Shown: positions 31,090 to 41,244, counted from the first letter of the stretch. The stretch: DNA of 64,000 bases from Clostridiaceae bacterium (GCA_012728095.1 JAAYFU010000022.1:33350-97349), one strand, 5' to 3'. Numbers and translations: made by a program. Notes: generated by a model not told the origin, from the sequence alone.

Positions 31090-32922
31090 TCACAAATTCT
31101 CCAGCTGGACTTTGATCTTTTCGGCCAGTTTTATGCCTATCCCCTTAACTTTTGCGATATCTTCCACATTGGCTTCCTTTAACTTGCTGACCGAACCGAA
31201 GGCCTTTATCAGTTCCTTTTTGCGGGCAGGCCCCACTCCCTCCAGCTCATCAAGCACCGATTTCTCCATGCGTTTTTTCCTGAGGTTTTTATTATACTTG
31301 AGGGCATATCGATGAGCTTCGTTCTGAATTGATGCCACAAATCGCAAAATATCATTATCTCTGCCAAGCTCAATGCCTGTCGTTCCGTTAACCAGGCGAT
31401 GGGATCTGTGCCTGTCGTCCTTTGCCATACCCCATACCGGGACATTTATGCCTAAATCGGCCAGAACCTCTTTTGCCGCGTTTACATGCTGGGCGCCGCC
31501 GTCCACAAGTATAAGGTCGGGCAATTCGCCGAAGGCTTTGTCCTCTGAACCGGACAAATACCGGTTAAATCGGCGAATCAGGGTCTCCTGCATACTGCCG
31601 TAATCATTTTGTTCGGTTATCACCTTCATCTTAAACCTGCGATAACTCTGACTGTCAGCCCGTCCGTCCCGGAATACCACCATGGACGCTACAATTTCGG
31701 TGCTTCCGGTATTTGATACATCATACGCTTCGATTCTTCTGGGCATTTTCTCAAGACCGAGTATTCCCTGAAGTTTCTTTACCGCTTCCAGGGATTTTGC
31801 CTGTTGGGCCAGGACGCTTTGCTGATACAGTTCCAGTTCTTCCTTTGCGTTCTGCACAGCCATATTTATAAGCTCAGTCCTGGCTCCTCTTTTGGGGACA
31901 ACCAGGTTAACTTTACTCCCGCGCTTTTTAGAAAGCAGTTTAACCAATGCATCTTTTGATTCGGGTTCAATTTGCAGGGTTATTTCCTTAGGAATCTCGG
32001 GATTTGCCTCATAATACTGAAGGATGAACGATACTATTGCCTCGCCGGGAGGAGCCGCTCCCATCCCTTCAAGGACAAATGCCCTTTTGCCTATCAGCCT
32101 TCCGTCTCTGACAACAAGCACGCTTGCCGAATAATCCCAGTCATCTGCGTAAAGAGCGATAACATCCCGCTCATCCATCTTTGTTGAGTAGACCGATTGT
32201 TTTTTATACAAATCTTTTATGCTGTTAATCCTGTCCCTTATAACCGCTGCCTTTTCAAACTTCAATTCATCCGACAACCTTTTCATTTCAGCTTCCAGCA
32301 TACTGATGACATCTTCATGCTTTCCGTCCAGAAAAGCCACGGCGTTTTTGACAAGTTCCGCATATTCTTCTTTTGAAATGTACCCAGAACATGGAGCGGA
32401 ACATAAACCTATATGATAGTAAAGACAGGGTCTCTCTTTCTTATCAGGGTTTATGATCTTTTTACATGTCCTTATAGGGAACAGCCGCCTTAAAACCTCA
32501 ATAGAATCCTTTACAACTGACATTCTGACAAAAGTGCCAAAATATTTTGCTCCGTCTTTTTCAATTCTGCGGGTTACCTCAATCCTGGGAAACTCATCCT
32601 GGACTGTTATTTTAATATGGGGATATGTTTTATCATCTTTCAAAAGGATATTATATTTTGGCTTATGTCTTTTTATCAGGGTATTTTCAAGGATTAAGGC
32701 TTCCTCCTCAGTATTGGTTACTATATACTCGAGCGAGTCAACATTAGATACCAGTACCGAAGTCTTGGAATCCCTGTCATCCCTGTTTTGAAAATATGAT
32801 TTTACCCGGTTCTTAAGAATTTTCGCTTTTCCGACATATATTATCGTTCCTTCCGCGTCACGCATTATATAAACTCCCGGCGATTCGGAAAGGTTCTTGA
32901 GGGTCTCTTTTATTGAAGCCAT
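31090..32922 (-). CDS. uvrC: Excinuclease ABC subunit C
   Basis: GIY-YIG N-terminus (PGVYIMRDAEGTIIYVGKAKILKNRVKSY), UVR domain, endonuclease V-like domain and C-terminal (HhH)2. I prefer ATG 32922 (AAGGAG RBS 9 nt upstream) over the track start at 32961. Confidence 0.95.
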   Translation of the reverse strand: MASIKETLKNLSESPGVYIMRDAEGTIIYVGKAKILKNRVKSYFQNRDDRDSKTSVLVSNVDSLEYIVTNTEEEALILENTLIKRHKPKYNILLKDDKTYPHIKITVQDEFPRIEVTRRIEKDGAKYFGTFVRMSVVKDSIEVLRRLFPIRTCKKIINPDKKERPCLYYHIGLCSAPCSGYISKEEYAELVKNAVAFLDGKHEDVISMLEAEMKRLSDELKFEKAAVIRDRINSIKDLYKKQSVYSTKMDERDVIALYADDWDYSASVLVVRDGRLIGKRAFVLEGMGAAPPGEAIVSFILQYYEANPEIPKEITLQIEPESKDALVKLLSKKRGSKVNLVVPKRGARTELINMAVQNAKEELELYQQSVLAQQAKSLEAVKKLQGILGLEKMPRRIEAYDVSNTGSTEIVASMVVFRDGRADSQSYRRFKMKVITEQNDYGSMQETLIRRFNRYLSGSEDKAFGELPDLILVDGGAQHVNAAKEVLADLGINVPVWGMAKDDRHRSHRLVNGTTGIELGRDNDILRFVASIQNEAHRYALKYNKNLRKKRMEKSVLDELEGVGPARKKELIKAFGSVSKLKEANVEDIAKVKGIGIKLAEKIKVQLENL

Positions 32923-33071
32923 TTTATGCAACTCCTTATGTCCATATGTTGTTTTAAACAACTAACGTATAATCCTTTACTGCTGCGAGGCAATGTGGTA
33001 TTGACCATGATATACGTGATTTTTTATACTTACCTCCTACGTATCAACATACGTCAAGTAAATTATATAAT

Positions 33072-33096
33072 AAAAAAGCCGGCTTTAAAGCCGGCT
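33072..33096 (-). terminator. Rho-independent terminator of the HPr-like gene
   Basis: Palindrome AGCCGGCT-TTAA-AGCCGGCT, followed on the minus strand by TTTTT. Confidence 0.8.
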
Positions 33097-33113
33097 ATGA
33101 ATACGGGCAATCA

Positions 33114-33377
33114 CTATTCAACCATTCCGTTATTTACAAAAGCTTCAAGCTCGCTTAAAGCGATTGACTCGTCCCTGCCTTCGGTAATAATTGTAATGTT
33201 ATCTCCGGGACTGATTCCCAGGGACAACAGTCCCAATAAACTCTTTGCATTTGCTTTTCGTTCTCCCTTTTGAATCCAGATGTTCGATTCGTAGCTTGAA
33301 GCCTTCTGTATCAAACGTGCCGCCATTTTCGATTCAAGACCGGTTTTGCTGAAGATTGTAACTTCCTTAGATTGCAT
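33114..33377 (-). CDS. HPr-family protein, Crh-like (Ser46 region conserved, His15 replaced)
   Basis: 87 aa from ATG 33377 (AGGAGGA RBS); the longer track ORF is an N-terminal over-extension. KSLLGLLSLG matches the HPr Ser46 loop. The His15 loop GIHARPA is replaced by GLESKMA. Confidence 0.8.
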   Translation of the reverse strand: MQSKEVTIFSKTGLESKMAARLIQKASSYESNIWIQKGERKANAKSLLGLLSLGISPGDNITIITEGRDESIALSELEAFVNNGMVE

Positions 33378-33679
33378 ATTGTATTTCCTCCTGGTAATTA
33401 CCAAGTATAACTGTATTTCTATATCTATCTTATTTTCTAAGACCTTTAAATAGACATACACTAATATTATACAATAGTAATCATAAAATTCAAAGCCGTT
33501 TTTGCCTTTCGGCCCTGATTCGTCACCTTGCATCAAGATCCAGTCGAATCTTATAGTAAGAATAATGATTTTTAATAGTAAAGCAAAAAAAATATGGCTG
33601 ATTATAAAATTAAGTTATAAATTAAGTCCCATAATTTTTTAAGATAAACGCCCTATTTCCCTTTGGTACATAACCGGTT

Positions 33680-34057
33680 ATGCTAATGTTGGGTGATTAT
33701 ATGAATAGAGCCGATAAACTGGTCTATTTAAAACAAACCGGGAGGGCTGTACCCGTCAGAATTGCTGATACTTTCGGAAAAAGATTCATGGGATTAATGG
33801 GCAGGAATGTAGGCGAATACGGGCTTTTGCTTTCCCCTTGCAACGCTGTCCATACGTTTTTTATGCGATATGACCTGGATGTGATTTTCCTCAATAAGGA
33901 TAATAGAATAATTTCAATAAAACGGTCTATAAAGCCTTTTTCTTTTGTGGCACCGGTGCCGAAAGCCGGGAAAGTTCTTGAACTTCCCTCCTCACTTCAT
34001 GCTACTGATTCCCTGAATAAAGGAGATCAGATTGTTTTTTACGACGATCCGGCATAA
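33680..34057 (+). CDS. DUF192 domain protein
   Basis: 125 aa. FMGLMGR...GLLLSPCNAVHTFFMRYDLDVIFLNKDNRI fits the DUF192 (COG1430) pattern. The start could be any of the three ATGs between 33680 and 33701. Confidence 0.75.
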   Translation: MLMLGDYMNRADKLVYLKQTGRAVPVRIADTFGKRFMGLMGRNVGEYGLLLSPCNAVHTFFMRYDLDVIFLNKDNRIISIKRSIKPFSFVAPVPKAGKVLELPSSLHATDSLNKGDQIVFYDDPA

Positions 34058-34125
34058 AACAGCAGCGCCGTGCCACAAAAAATATTTTTCATAGCAGGCG
34101 CCTTGTTAATCACCGGCTTATTAAA

Positions 34126-34938
34126 CTATTTAAAACGTTTTACTATAGTATTGGTTATGCATTTCTGAGGACAGGCTTCGGCGCATTGCCCGCAGTTTGT
34201 GCATTTTTCCGGATCAATGACGGCCAGGTTGTTATCCATTGTAATTGCTTCGGAAGGACATACTTTTACACATCTCTGGCAGGCAATACAACCTACTTTA
34301 CAATTTTTCCTGGCGATAACACCCTTATCATGGTTATTGCATTTTACAGTAAAACCGGAAAGTACCGGAACCAGTTTGATAATTGACTTCGGACATTCAG
34401 CCACACAATTTCCGCAGCCGGTGCATTTTTCCGGAATAATTCTTGCCAATCCGTTTTCTACGATAATGGCGTCAAACTGACAAACCTTTTTACAGCTGCC
34501 CAAACCTACGCAGCCATAACTACATGCGTCCATTCCTCCCGCCAGCGCATTGGCCGCATGGCAGTCCTCTATTCCCAAGTAGTTATATTTAAATACAACA
34601 TTATCACAATTGCCCTGGCATAATACCCTGGCAACATTGACGTCAATCGAGCCTTCGTCTATTCCCAGGTAGTCCGCTATGGCATTGACTACAGCAATTC
34701 CCCCGACAGGGCAACGGCTGGGATGAACTCCTTCATTTATAATAGCCTCTGCCAGACCGTCGCAGCCGGAATAGCCGCAAGCGCCGCAGTTAGCACCAGG
34801 GAGCATTTCTCTTACCGCACTGATTCTTTCATCTACCTTAACTTCAAAGACTTTCGAAGCATATGAAAGACCCAGTCCGAAAACAAGCCCCAGACCTGAA
34901 ACAACAGCAACAGGAATCAATATACTCAATTTTTTCAC
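34126..34938 (-). CDS. rnfB: Rnf electron-transport complex subunit B (polyferredoxin)
   Basis: 270 aa. TM anchor, CGACGYSGC motif and several CxxCxxCxxxCP 4Fe-4S motifs. Last gene of rnfCDGEAB. Confidence 0.92.
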   Translation of the reverse strand: MKKLSILIPVAVVSGLGLVFGLGLSYASKVFEVKVDERISAVREMLPGANCGACGYSGCDGLAEAIINEGVHPSRCPVGGIAVVNAIADYLGIDEGSIDVNVARVLCQGNCDNVVFKYNYLGIEDCHAANALAGGMDACSYGCVGLGSCKKVCQFDAIIVENGLARIIPEKCTGCGNCVAECPKSIIKLVPVLSGFTVKCNNHDKGVIARKNCKVGCIACQRCVKVCPSEAITMDNNLAVIDPEKCTNCGQCAEACPQKCITNTIVKRFK

Positions 34939-34947
34939 TCCCCTTTC

Positions 34948-35529
34948 TTAACCGATAATCAAACCGGCAAATCCAATAAATGTTATGGATACCAATGACG
35001 CGGCAACCAGCGTTATGGGCATTCCTTTGAAAGCCTCGGGAATATCGGCGGTTTCCAAGCGCTCTCTTATTCCGGAGAACAGTATCAATGCCAAGGTAAA
35101 GCCCAAGCCGGCTGCAAATCCGAATACAACCGCTTCAATAAAAGTATAGTTACGCTCAACAAAAATCAATGCTGAACCAAGAACCGCACAATTGGTCGTT
35201 ATAAGCGGAAGATAAACGCCCAGGGCTTTGTAAAGCGGTGGCATCAGCTTTTTCAGGACCGTCTCCACGAATTGAACCAAGGCGGCAATTACAAGAATGA
35301 ATGTTATGGTCTGAAGATACTCCAGGTTGTATGGTTCTAATAAATACTCGTTGGCAAGCCATGTAACAGCCTGTGACATGACAAGGACAAATACGACTGC
35401 GCCGCTCATGCCAAGGGCAGTGGAGGTCTTTTTTGATACGCCGAGAAACGGGCATATCCCCAGGAACTTGGATAATACAAAGTTTTCCACTAATATGGCT
35501 CCAATCAGTATCGCAAATAATTCTTTCAT
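34948..35529 (-). CDS. rnfA: Rnf complex subunit A
   Basis: 193 aa, six TM segments. LGICPFLGVSKK and PLITTNCAVLG motifs are present. Confidence 0.93.
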   Translation of the reverse strand: MKELFAILIGAILVENFVLSKFLGICPFLGVSKKTSTALGMSGAVVFVLVMSQAVTWLANEYLLEPYNLEYLQTITFILVIAALVQFVETVLKKLMPPLYKALGVYLPLITTNCAVLGSALIFVERNYTFIEAVVFGFAAGLGFTLALILFSGIRERLETADIPEAFKGMPITLVAASLVSITFIGFAGLIIG

Positions 35530-36209
35530 TACGCTTCACCTCCGTTTGCCGCCTTGCTGCAGCCGGGGCAACCGGCCTCGCATCCGGTCTCACATTCCAG
35601 ACTTTTATCTTTTTTATCAGCGAGCTTATTAAATAAGGCCACCAGGAATCCCATCACTAAAAATCCGCCCGGCGGAAGAATAAACATAATGGCAGGTTCG
35701 AACAGGTTAACGGTTACCGGTATTCCCATCCATGTCCCGGCACCGAGAATCTCCCTGACCGAGCCGATAGCTGTTATGGCCAGGGTAAAACCGGCACCCA
35801 TGCCAAGCCCGTCCAGTACCGAAAGCAACGGTCCGTTTTTCTGGGCGAACATTTCGGCACGGGCAAATATAATACAATTAACAACAATCAGTGGTATATA
35901 AATACCTAATTGTTTATTCAATTCGGGCAAAAATGCCGCAAGCAGCAAATGGACAATGGTTGTAAACGTAGCTATAACAGTAATATAAGCAGGAATCCTG
36001 ACCTTGTCGGGAACTATTTTTCTAATCAATGAAATAACCAGGTTGGAACCCACCAGTACAAATGTCGCTGCAGCACCCATCCCCAAACCATTCTTGGCCA
36101 TTGTTGTAACAGCCAGGGAAGGACACATCCCAAGAAGAAGCCTTAAAGTAGGATTCTCTTTTATTAAACCGTTCAGTAAAACTGAAATGGGCTTTTTTCT
36201 CTCAGCCAT
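35529..36209 (-). CDS. rnfE: Rnf complex subunit E
   Basis: LLLGMCPSLAVT and IPLIVVNCIIFARAE motifs, plus a Cys-rich C-terminal tail (CETGCEAGCPGC). I prefer ATG 36209 (GGGGGTG RBS) over the GTG at 36218. Confidence 0.92.
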   Translation of the reverse strand: MAERKKPISVLLNGLIKENPTLRLLLGMCPSLAVTTMAKNGLGMGAAATFVLVGSNLVISLIRKIVPDKVRIPAYITVIATFTTIVHLLLAAFLPELNKQLGIYIPLIVVNCIIFARAEMFAQKNGPLLSVLDGLGMGAGFTLAITAIGSVREILGAGTWMGIPVTVNLFEPAIMFILPPGGFLVMGFLVALFNKLADKKDKSLECETGCEAGCPGCSKAANGGEA

Positions 36210-36210
36210 C

Positions 36211-36801
36211 TTACGCACCCCCTACTATAGACCGAACCAAAGCCACTGCTTCATTGACACCCTTTGTAACTGCCTTTGACGTGACGGTAGCAGCTGTTAT
36301 GGCCTGTATCTCACTGTCATCATTAGGTACTCTTTTTACCACGTTGAACTCTTTCTGGGGCGCTTTCCCCAGGAATTGATCGGTAAACTTAGGATTTGCC
36401 GCATTCGCGCCCAAACCAGGTGTTTCATTATGACTTACAAGAGATATACCTTTAATATTGAGATCATTATCTATTCCAACAAGGATTTTCAATTTCCCGC
36501 CGTATCCGCTGGAGAAAACAGACACGACATATCCTATCGATTGTCCGTCTTTCTGAGCGGTATATAATTTTTCTATATTATCGCTGACGTCAATTCCCTC
36601 TGTCTTAAGTTCCTCGCCGGTTTTTGCATCCAGGAAATTATCAGCGTCGCTAAACACGTTCTTTAAACTTTCCTGCTCGGCAATTTTGTTGTTTTCATCA
36701 ATTATGGGCTCAGTTACGCCGTTCACATAGGCGAGGGCTCCTGTCATTACGGCGCATACCAAAAACAAAATTATCGATGGCTTGATGATATCCTTAAACA
36801 T
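36211..36801 (-). CDS. rnfG: Rnf complex subunit G (FMN-binding)
   Basis: TM anchor and FMN attachment region ITAATVTSKAV. I prefer ATG 36801 (GGAGGG RBS), which overlaps the rnfD stop by 8 nt. Confidence 0.9.
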   Translation of the reverse strand: MFKDIIKPSIILFLVCAVMTGALAYVNGVTEPIIDENNKIAEQESLKNVFSDADNFLDAKTGEELKTEGIDVSDNIEKLYTAQKDGQSIGYVVSVFSSGYGGKLKILVGIDNDLNIKGISLVSHNETPGLGANAANPKFTDQFLGKAPQKEFNVVKRVPNDDSEIQAITAATVTSKAVTKGVNEAVALVRSIVGGA

Positions 36802-37750
36802 GCGCTTTCCCTCCAAATCTTGCCGGTTTTGTACATCTGTCAATAATCGGTACCGATACATTCATCAGCAGAATAGCGTATGAAACTCCCTCAGGCATAT
36901 TCGTATATAACCTGAAAAGCATTGTTAATACGCCGCAGCCGATTGCATAAATAACGACACCCTTTTTTGTCATAGGGCTTGTGGTGTAATCGGTAGCCAT
37001 AAATATGGCTCCAAGCATAAGGCCTCCAGCCAGTATATGGAAAAGGGGATTTCCCGTAAAAATACCGTCCGGACCTATGATCCATGCCAACAAACCTACC
37101 GTTCCTATGTATATAACGGGAATATGCCACGTTATAACACCGCGGACAAGAAGATAGATTCCGCCTACAATAAGCGCAAGAGCTGATGTTTCTCCAAGTG
37201 AACCTCCTATATTTCCGATAAACATATCAAGAAGATTCGGGAGCTGTCCTCCTTCTTTCAAAGCCCCCAAAGGAGTAGCATACGATAGCGCATCAATATC
37301 GTTAGCCACAGTCAAAGGCGGTGTCCATGAAGTCATTCTTGCTCCGTAAGAGACTATGAGAAATGCTCTGGCCGCCAAAGCCGGGTTTACAAAATTGTAT
37401 CCCAAGCCTCCGAACAGCTGCTTAACGATAACTATGGCAAAAAATGAACCTACGACTGCCATCCAAACAGGCAGCGTCGACGGCAGATTCAACGCCAGTA
37501 TCAACCCTGTGACTACAGCGCTTAAATCACCGATGGTAGTGTTTCTTTTTAACATTTTTCTTATCAAATATTCAAAGACTACGCTTGATATAACAGTAAC
37601 AGCTATAAGAAGCGCCGCTCTTAACCCAAAGAAATATATACCTGCAAAGGCTGCCGGGATCAGCGCGATAATAACATCCAGCATCAACCTTTGAGTAGTA
37701 ACCTCACTCCTGATATGCGGAGAGGAGCTCACATACAGCATATTTTCCAA
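36794..37750 (-). CDS. rnfD: Rnf complex subunit D
   Basis: 318 aa, polytopic, with ...FMATDYTTSP (flavinylation Thr region). Confidence 0.92.
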   Translation of the reverse strand: MENMLYVSSSPHIRSEVTTQRLMLDVIIALIPAAFAGIYFFGLRAALLIAVTVISSVVFEYLIRKMLKRNTTIGDLSAVVTGLILALNLPSTLPVWMAVVGSFFAIVIVKQLFGGLGYNFVNPALAARAFLIVSYGARMTSWTPPLTVANDIDALSYATPLGALKEGGQLPNLLDMFIGNIGGSLGETSALALIVGGIYLLVRGVITWHIPVIYIGTVGLLAWIIGPDGIFTGNPLFHILAGGLMLGAIFMATDYTTSPMTKKGVVIYAIGCGVLTMLFRLYTNMPEGVSYAILLMNVSVPIIDRCTKPARFGGKAHV

Positions 37751-37812
37751 ATTAATTCCCCCTCATTACAAATTCCGTTGAACATTACCGTCCTTAGAAA
37801 CAGTATTCTTAA

Positions 37813-39120
37813 TTACTTCTTAGCCTTTCTGCGTAGAGCATCCTTTCCCAGTCTGATTGACTGAGTCAACATCCTTTTAGCCGGACATGTATAAGCGCAG
37901 CATCCGCATTCAATACAATCCATAACGTTATACTTATCAAGATCATCATATTGATTGGCTTTAACTAATCTATCAATATCGAAAGGCAGCAAATTCATGG
38001 GACAGACACTGACGCAGCGGCCGCATCTGATACACACGTTTTCTTCCGGTATTTTTCCGTCTTTCTCGTTCAAAGCCAGCAATGCATTCGTGTATTTCAT
38101 TACAGGTATTTCATCCGAATACAATGAAATTCCCATCATTGGACCGCCCATAATAATCTTCGCCGGTTCTGACACAAATCCGCCGCTGAACTTAAAGACT
38201 TCACCTACCGGTGTACCTATCAACACTTCAATATTCATTGGAGTTTTTACCGATGATCCGTCTACCGTGACACGTTTTTTAATCAATGGCATTCCTGTTT
38301 TCAGGTACTCGGCCACAAAAGCGACACTGGCTACATTCATAACCAGGCAGCCTACATGGGACGGAAGCTTTCCCGGAGGAACTTCACGGCCTGTCAGGGT
38401 TTTAATCAGCATTTTTTCAGCTCCCTGGGGATACAGGGTTTTCAGGCCATGCACAGAAATATTGTCAATATTTTCAACAGCCTTTTTAAGCTTTTTAATA
38501 GCTTCAGGCTTGTTATCCTCAATTCCTATCATTGCTTTCGGAATGCCTGTCCATCTAAGTACGTTCTTTATGCCTTCGACAATATTCTCGGTATTTTCCA
38601 TGCATTCACGGTAATCCGAAGTAATATAAGGCTCACACTCCGCCCCGTTGATAATAAGCGTGTCAATTTTGGCATCTTTCGGCGGATTCAACTTTACATG
38701 AGTCGGAAATCCCGCTCCGCCAAGTCCGGTTAAACCTGAGTCCCGGATTGCCTTTATAAAACTTTCTTTACTGTCAACAACAGGCGGCTTAACATCTTCT
38801 GATACTTCCTGGAGCCCGTCAGGCTTGATTTCTATACAAACTACGGGATTACTGCCGGAAATAATCCGTTCGGAAACAGCAGTTACAGTTCCCGACACGC
38901 TTGAATGAATGGGAACTGAAACGTACGCATCCGAATTTCCGATTACTTGCCCCACCTTAACAGTATCACCCTTTTTCACCATAGTCTGGCACAGAGCTCC
39001 TATGTGCTGCTGCATGGGAATTATGACCTTTTCGGGAATTCCCATCCTGACAGTAGCACATTCCATGGTATTTTTTGCCTGGGGAGGATGCACGCCGCCT
39101 CTGAAACCTTGGAATTTCAT
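37813..39120 (-). CDS. rnfC: Rnf complex subunit C
   Basis: 435 aa. MKFQGFRGGVHPP N-terminus, GLTGLGGAGFPTHVK NADH/FMN motif and two 4Fe-4S motifs (CIRCGRCVSVCP, CIECGCCAYTCP). Confidence 0.93.
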   Translation of the reverse strand: MKFQGFRGGVHPPQAKNTMECATVRMGIPEKVIIPMQQHIGALCQTMVKKGDTVKVGQVIGNSDAYVSVPIHSSVSGTVTAVSERIISGSNPVVCIEIKPDGLQEVSEDVKPPVVDSKESFIKAIRDSGLTGLGGAGFPTHVKLNPPKDAKIDTLIINGAECEPYITSDYRECMENTENIVEGIKNVLRWTGIPKAMIGIEDNKPEAIKKLKKAVENIDNISVHGLKTLYPQGAEKMLIKTLTGREVPPGKLPSHVGCLVMNVASVAFVAEYLKTGMPLIKKRVTVDGSSVKTPMNIEVLIGTPVGEVFKFSGGFVSEPAKIIMGGPMMGISLYSDEIPVMKYTNALLALNEKDGKIPEENVCIRCGRCVSVCPMNLLPFDIDRLVKANQYDDLDKYNVMDCIECGCCAYTCPAKRMLTQSIRLGKDALRRKAKK

Positions 39121-39449
39121 ATCCTCAACTCCATTATTAAAAAATCTAAAGATAAACCATCAATAAAATTTTGCAAATCGACCCTAAATATCATAACACA
39201 GCTTTTGCACTTTTTAAAGACTTAAAGATTGTTAAAAAACCTACAAATAGAGGGGTTCAGCCGTTGCACACTGTATTTAGTATACATTTTATCGCCTTTG
39301 ACCTTTAAAATACAAAATTTTAAGTAACAAAATTGCTTGTATAAAAGTACATTTTTGTTTAGAATAAAAAGAAGTAATTTTTATACCCTGTTATTATAAC
39401 TCTCAATGATAGTAATGAAAATTGTAATAAAATGAAAAATTATATTAAT

Positions 39450-39467
39450 TTGTTAAAAAATTAACTA
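39450..39467. promoter_or_regulatory. Candidate Rex (redox-sensing repressor) operator upstream of the oad operon
   Basis: TTGTTAAAAAATTAACTA matches 17 of 18 positions of the clostridial Rex box TTGTTAANNNNTTAACAA as I remember it. It lies 35 nt upstream of the GTG at 39502. Confidence 0.4.
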
Positions 39468-39501
39468 TGCCATATATCATATACCGAAAGGAGAGACAGC
39501 C

Positions 39502-40878
39502 GTGAAAGTAAACATTACAGAAACCGTGTTAAGAGATGCCAATCAATCCCTGATTGCGACCAGGATGCCCTTCGAAGATTTTGAACCCGTATTGGAGAAA
39601 ATCGATGAAGCAGGCTACGCCTCTATTGAATGTTGGGGAGGCGCAACCTTTGATTCATGTCTGAGATATTTATCCGAGGATCCCTGGGAGAGATTGAGGA
39701 AAATTAAATCAAAGGTCAAAAAAACAAAGCTTCAAATGTTGTTAAGAGGCCAGAATATATTGGGGTATAAGCATTATCCCGATGATGTGGTAAGAAAGTT
39801 TGTCGAGTATTCCATAAAAAACGGTATGGACATAATCAGGATATTCGACGCCTTAAACGATTTTCGGAACATCAGGGTAGCCGTGGAAGAAACAATTAAA
39901 TGGGGCGGACACGCTCAGGGCGCTATTTGCTACACCATAAGCCCCATACATGACCTTGAGAGCTATGCAAAAATGGGTAAGGAACTGGAAGAAATGGGCG
40001 TTAACTCGATTTGTATCAAGGATATGGCCGGTATCATGGGACCAAAAGAAGCCTATGATATATTTAAGGCATTAAAGGAAACAGTAAAGGTTCCACTGAT
40101 ACTACATACCCATTCAACTACCGGTCTCGGGCCCATGACTTATCTCAAGGCAATAGAAGCAGGCTGCAGCGGTATTGATACTGCAATATCATCTTTTTCA
40201 GGAGGAACGTCTCAGCCTTCCACCGAAACTATGAACTATGCCTTAAAGCAGCTTGGTTATGAAACAGGTCTTAAGGAAGACGTGCTAAAAGAGATAAACG
40301 ACTTCTTTAAACCCGTTAAAGAAAAATTCCTTAAAACGGGAGTATTAAATCCTTATGTCATGGGGACCGAAACTGATGCCCTTGTTTACCAAATTCCCGG
40401 AGGAATGCTTTCTAACCTGATTTCACAGCTAAAGCAGCAAAATGCGCTAGACAGACTGGAAGAAGTTCTCCAGGAAACACCCAGGGTAAGAAAAGATTTG
40501 GGATATCCCCCCCTTGTAACACCTATGAGCCAAATGGTAGGTGTTCAGGCTGCCATCAACGTATTGACAGGCGAACGCTATAAGAGTGTTACAAATGAAA
40601 TCAAGGCATACTTAAGGGGTGAATATGGAAAAGCTCCTGGTGAAATAGATCCGGACCTTGTGAAAAAAGTTCTGGGAGATGAAAAACCAATTACCACAAG
40701 ATTTGCTGACACCCTTGAACCTGCGTTCGAAAAAACCAAAAAAGAACTTGGAAGCTTGGCTCAATCTGATGAAGATGTGCTTTCCTACATAGCTTTCCCA
40801 CAAATAGCTGAAAAGTTCTTTAAGGAAAGAGAAGACAGAAAGTCTAAAACCGTCAGCTATTCCATAAGAAAAGTGTAA
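39502..40878 (+). CDS. Oxaloacetate decarboxylase alpha-type carboxyltransferase subunit (no fused biotin domain)
   Basis: 458 aa, GTG start with a GGAGAG RBS. ITETVLRDANQSL and the HMGL-like/PYC_OADA fold pattern (IKDMAG, LHTHSTTG) are present. It ends before any biotinyl domain. Confidence 0.88.
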   Translation: MKVNITETVLRDANQSLIATRMPFEDFEPVLEKIDEAGYASIECWGGATFDSCLRYLSEDPWERLRKIKSKVKKTKLQMLLRGQNILGYKHYPDDVVRKFVEYSIKNGMDIIRIFDALNDFRNIRVAVEETIKWGGHAQGAICYTISPIHDLESYAKMGKELEEMGVNSICIKDMAGIMGPKEAYDIFKALKETVKVPLILHTHSTTGLGPMTYLKAIEAGCSGIDTAISSFSGGTSQPSTETMNYALKQLGYETGLKEDVLKEINDFFKPVKEKFLKTGVLNPYVMGTETDALVYQIPGGMLSNLISQLKQQNALDRLEEVLQETPRVRKDLGYPPLVTPMSQMVGVQAAINVLTGERYKSVTNEIKAYLRGEYGKAPGEIDPDLVKKVLGDEKPITTRFADTLEPAFEKTKKELGSLAQSDEDVLSYIAFPQIAEKFFKEREDRKSKTVSYSIRKV

Positions 40879-40891
40879 AGGATGTGTAGAT

Positions 40892-41206
40892 ATGACATTA
40901 CTTGAGGGTCTGCAGGTATTAGTTATTGGACTGGGAACGGTTTTCCTTGTTTTGATCGCTCTCAGCGGCGCAGTATCCCTGGAATCCAGGATATTCAACC
41001 TGTTTGTTAAGAACAGGAAAGAAGCTCCTGCTGCCGAGATAACCGCAAAACAGGAAGAAGTTACAGTCATTAATGCCAGTGCGGGAGAATTAAAATTAAT
41101 CAATGTAGATGAAAGAACAGCCGCCATGATTATGGCAATAGTCAGTGATGAATCACAGATTCCGCTTTCTGAACTAAAATTTAAGTATATCAAGGCGTTA
41201 GACTGA
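40892..41206 (+). CDS. OadG-family sodium-pump decarboxylase gamma subunit
   Basis: 104 aa with a single N-terminal TM helix (LQVLVIGLGTVFLVLIALS). Located between the carboxyltransferase and BCCP genes. Confidence 0.75.
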   Translation: MTLLEGLQVLVIGLGTVFLVLIALSGAVSLESRIFNLFVKNRKEAPAAEITAKQEEVTVINASAGELKLINVDERTAAMIMAIVSDESQIPLSELKFKYIKALD

Positions 41207-41244
41207 TATTAAGCTTTGAACTGAAACAGGAGGATTGAAAAAAA

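Noticed and set aside
35156-35593. 145-aa minus-strand ORF overlapping rnfA/rnfE in another frame
   Set aside because: An alternative frame of two strongly supported Rnf genes. It is Arg/Cys/Pro-rich with no motif.
37955-38614. 219-aa plus-strand ORF (also 38356-38733)
   Set aside because: Antisense to rnfC. No recognisable motif or RBS.
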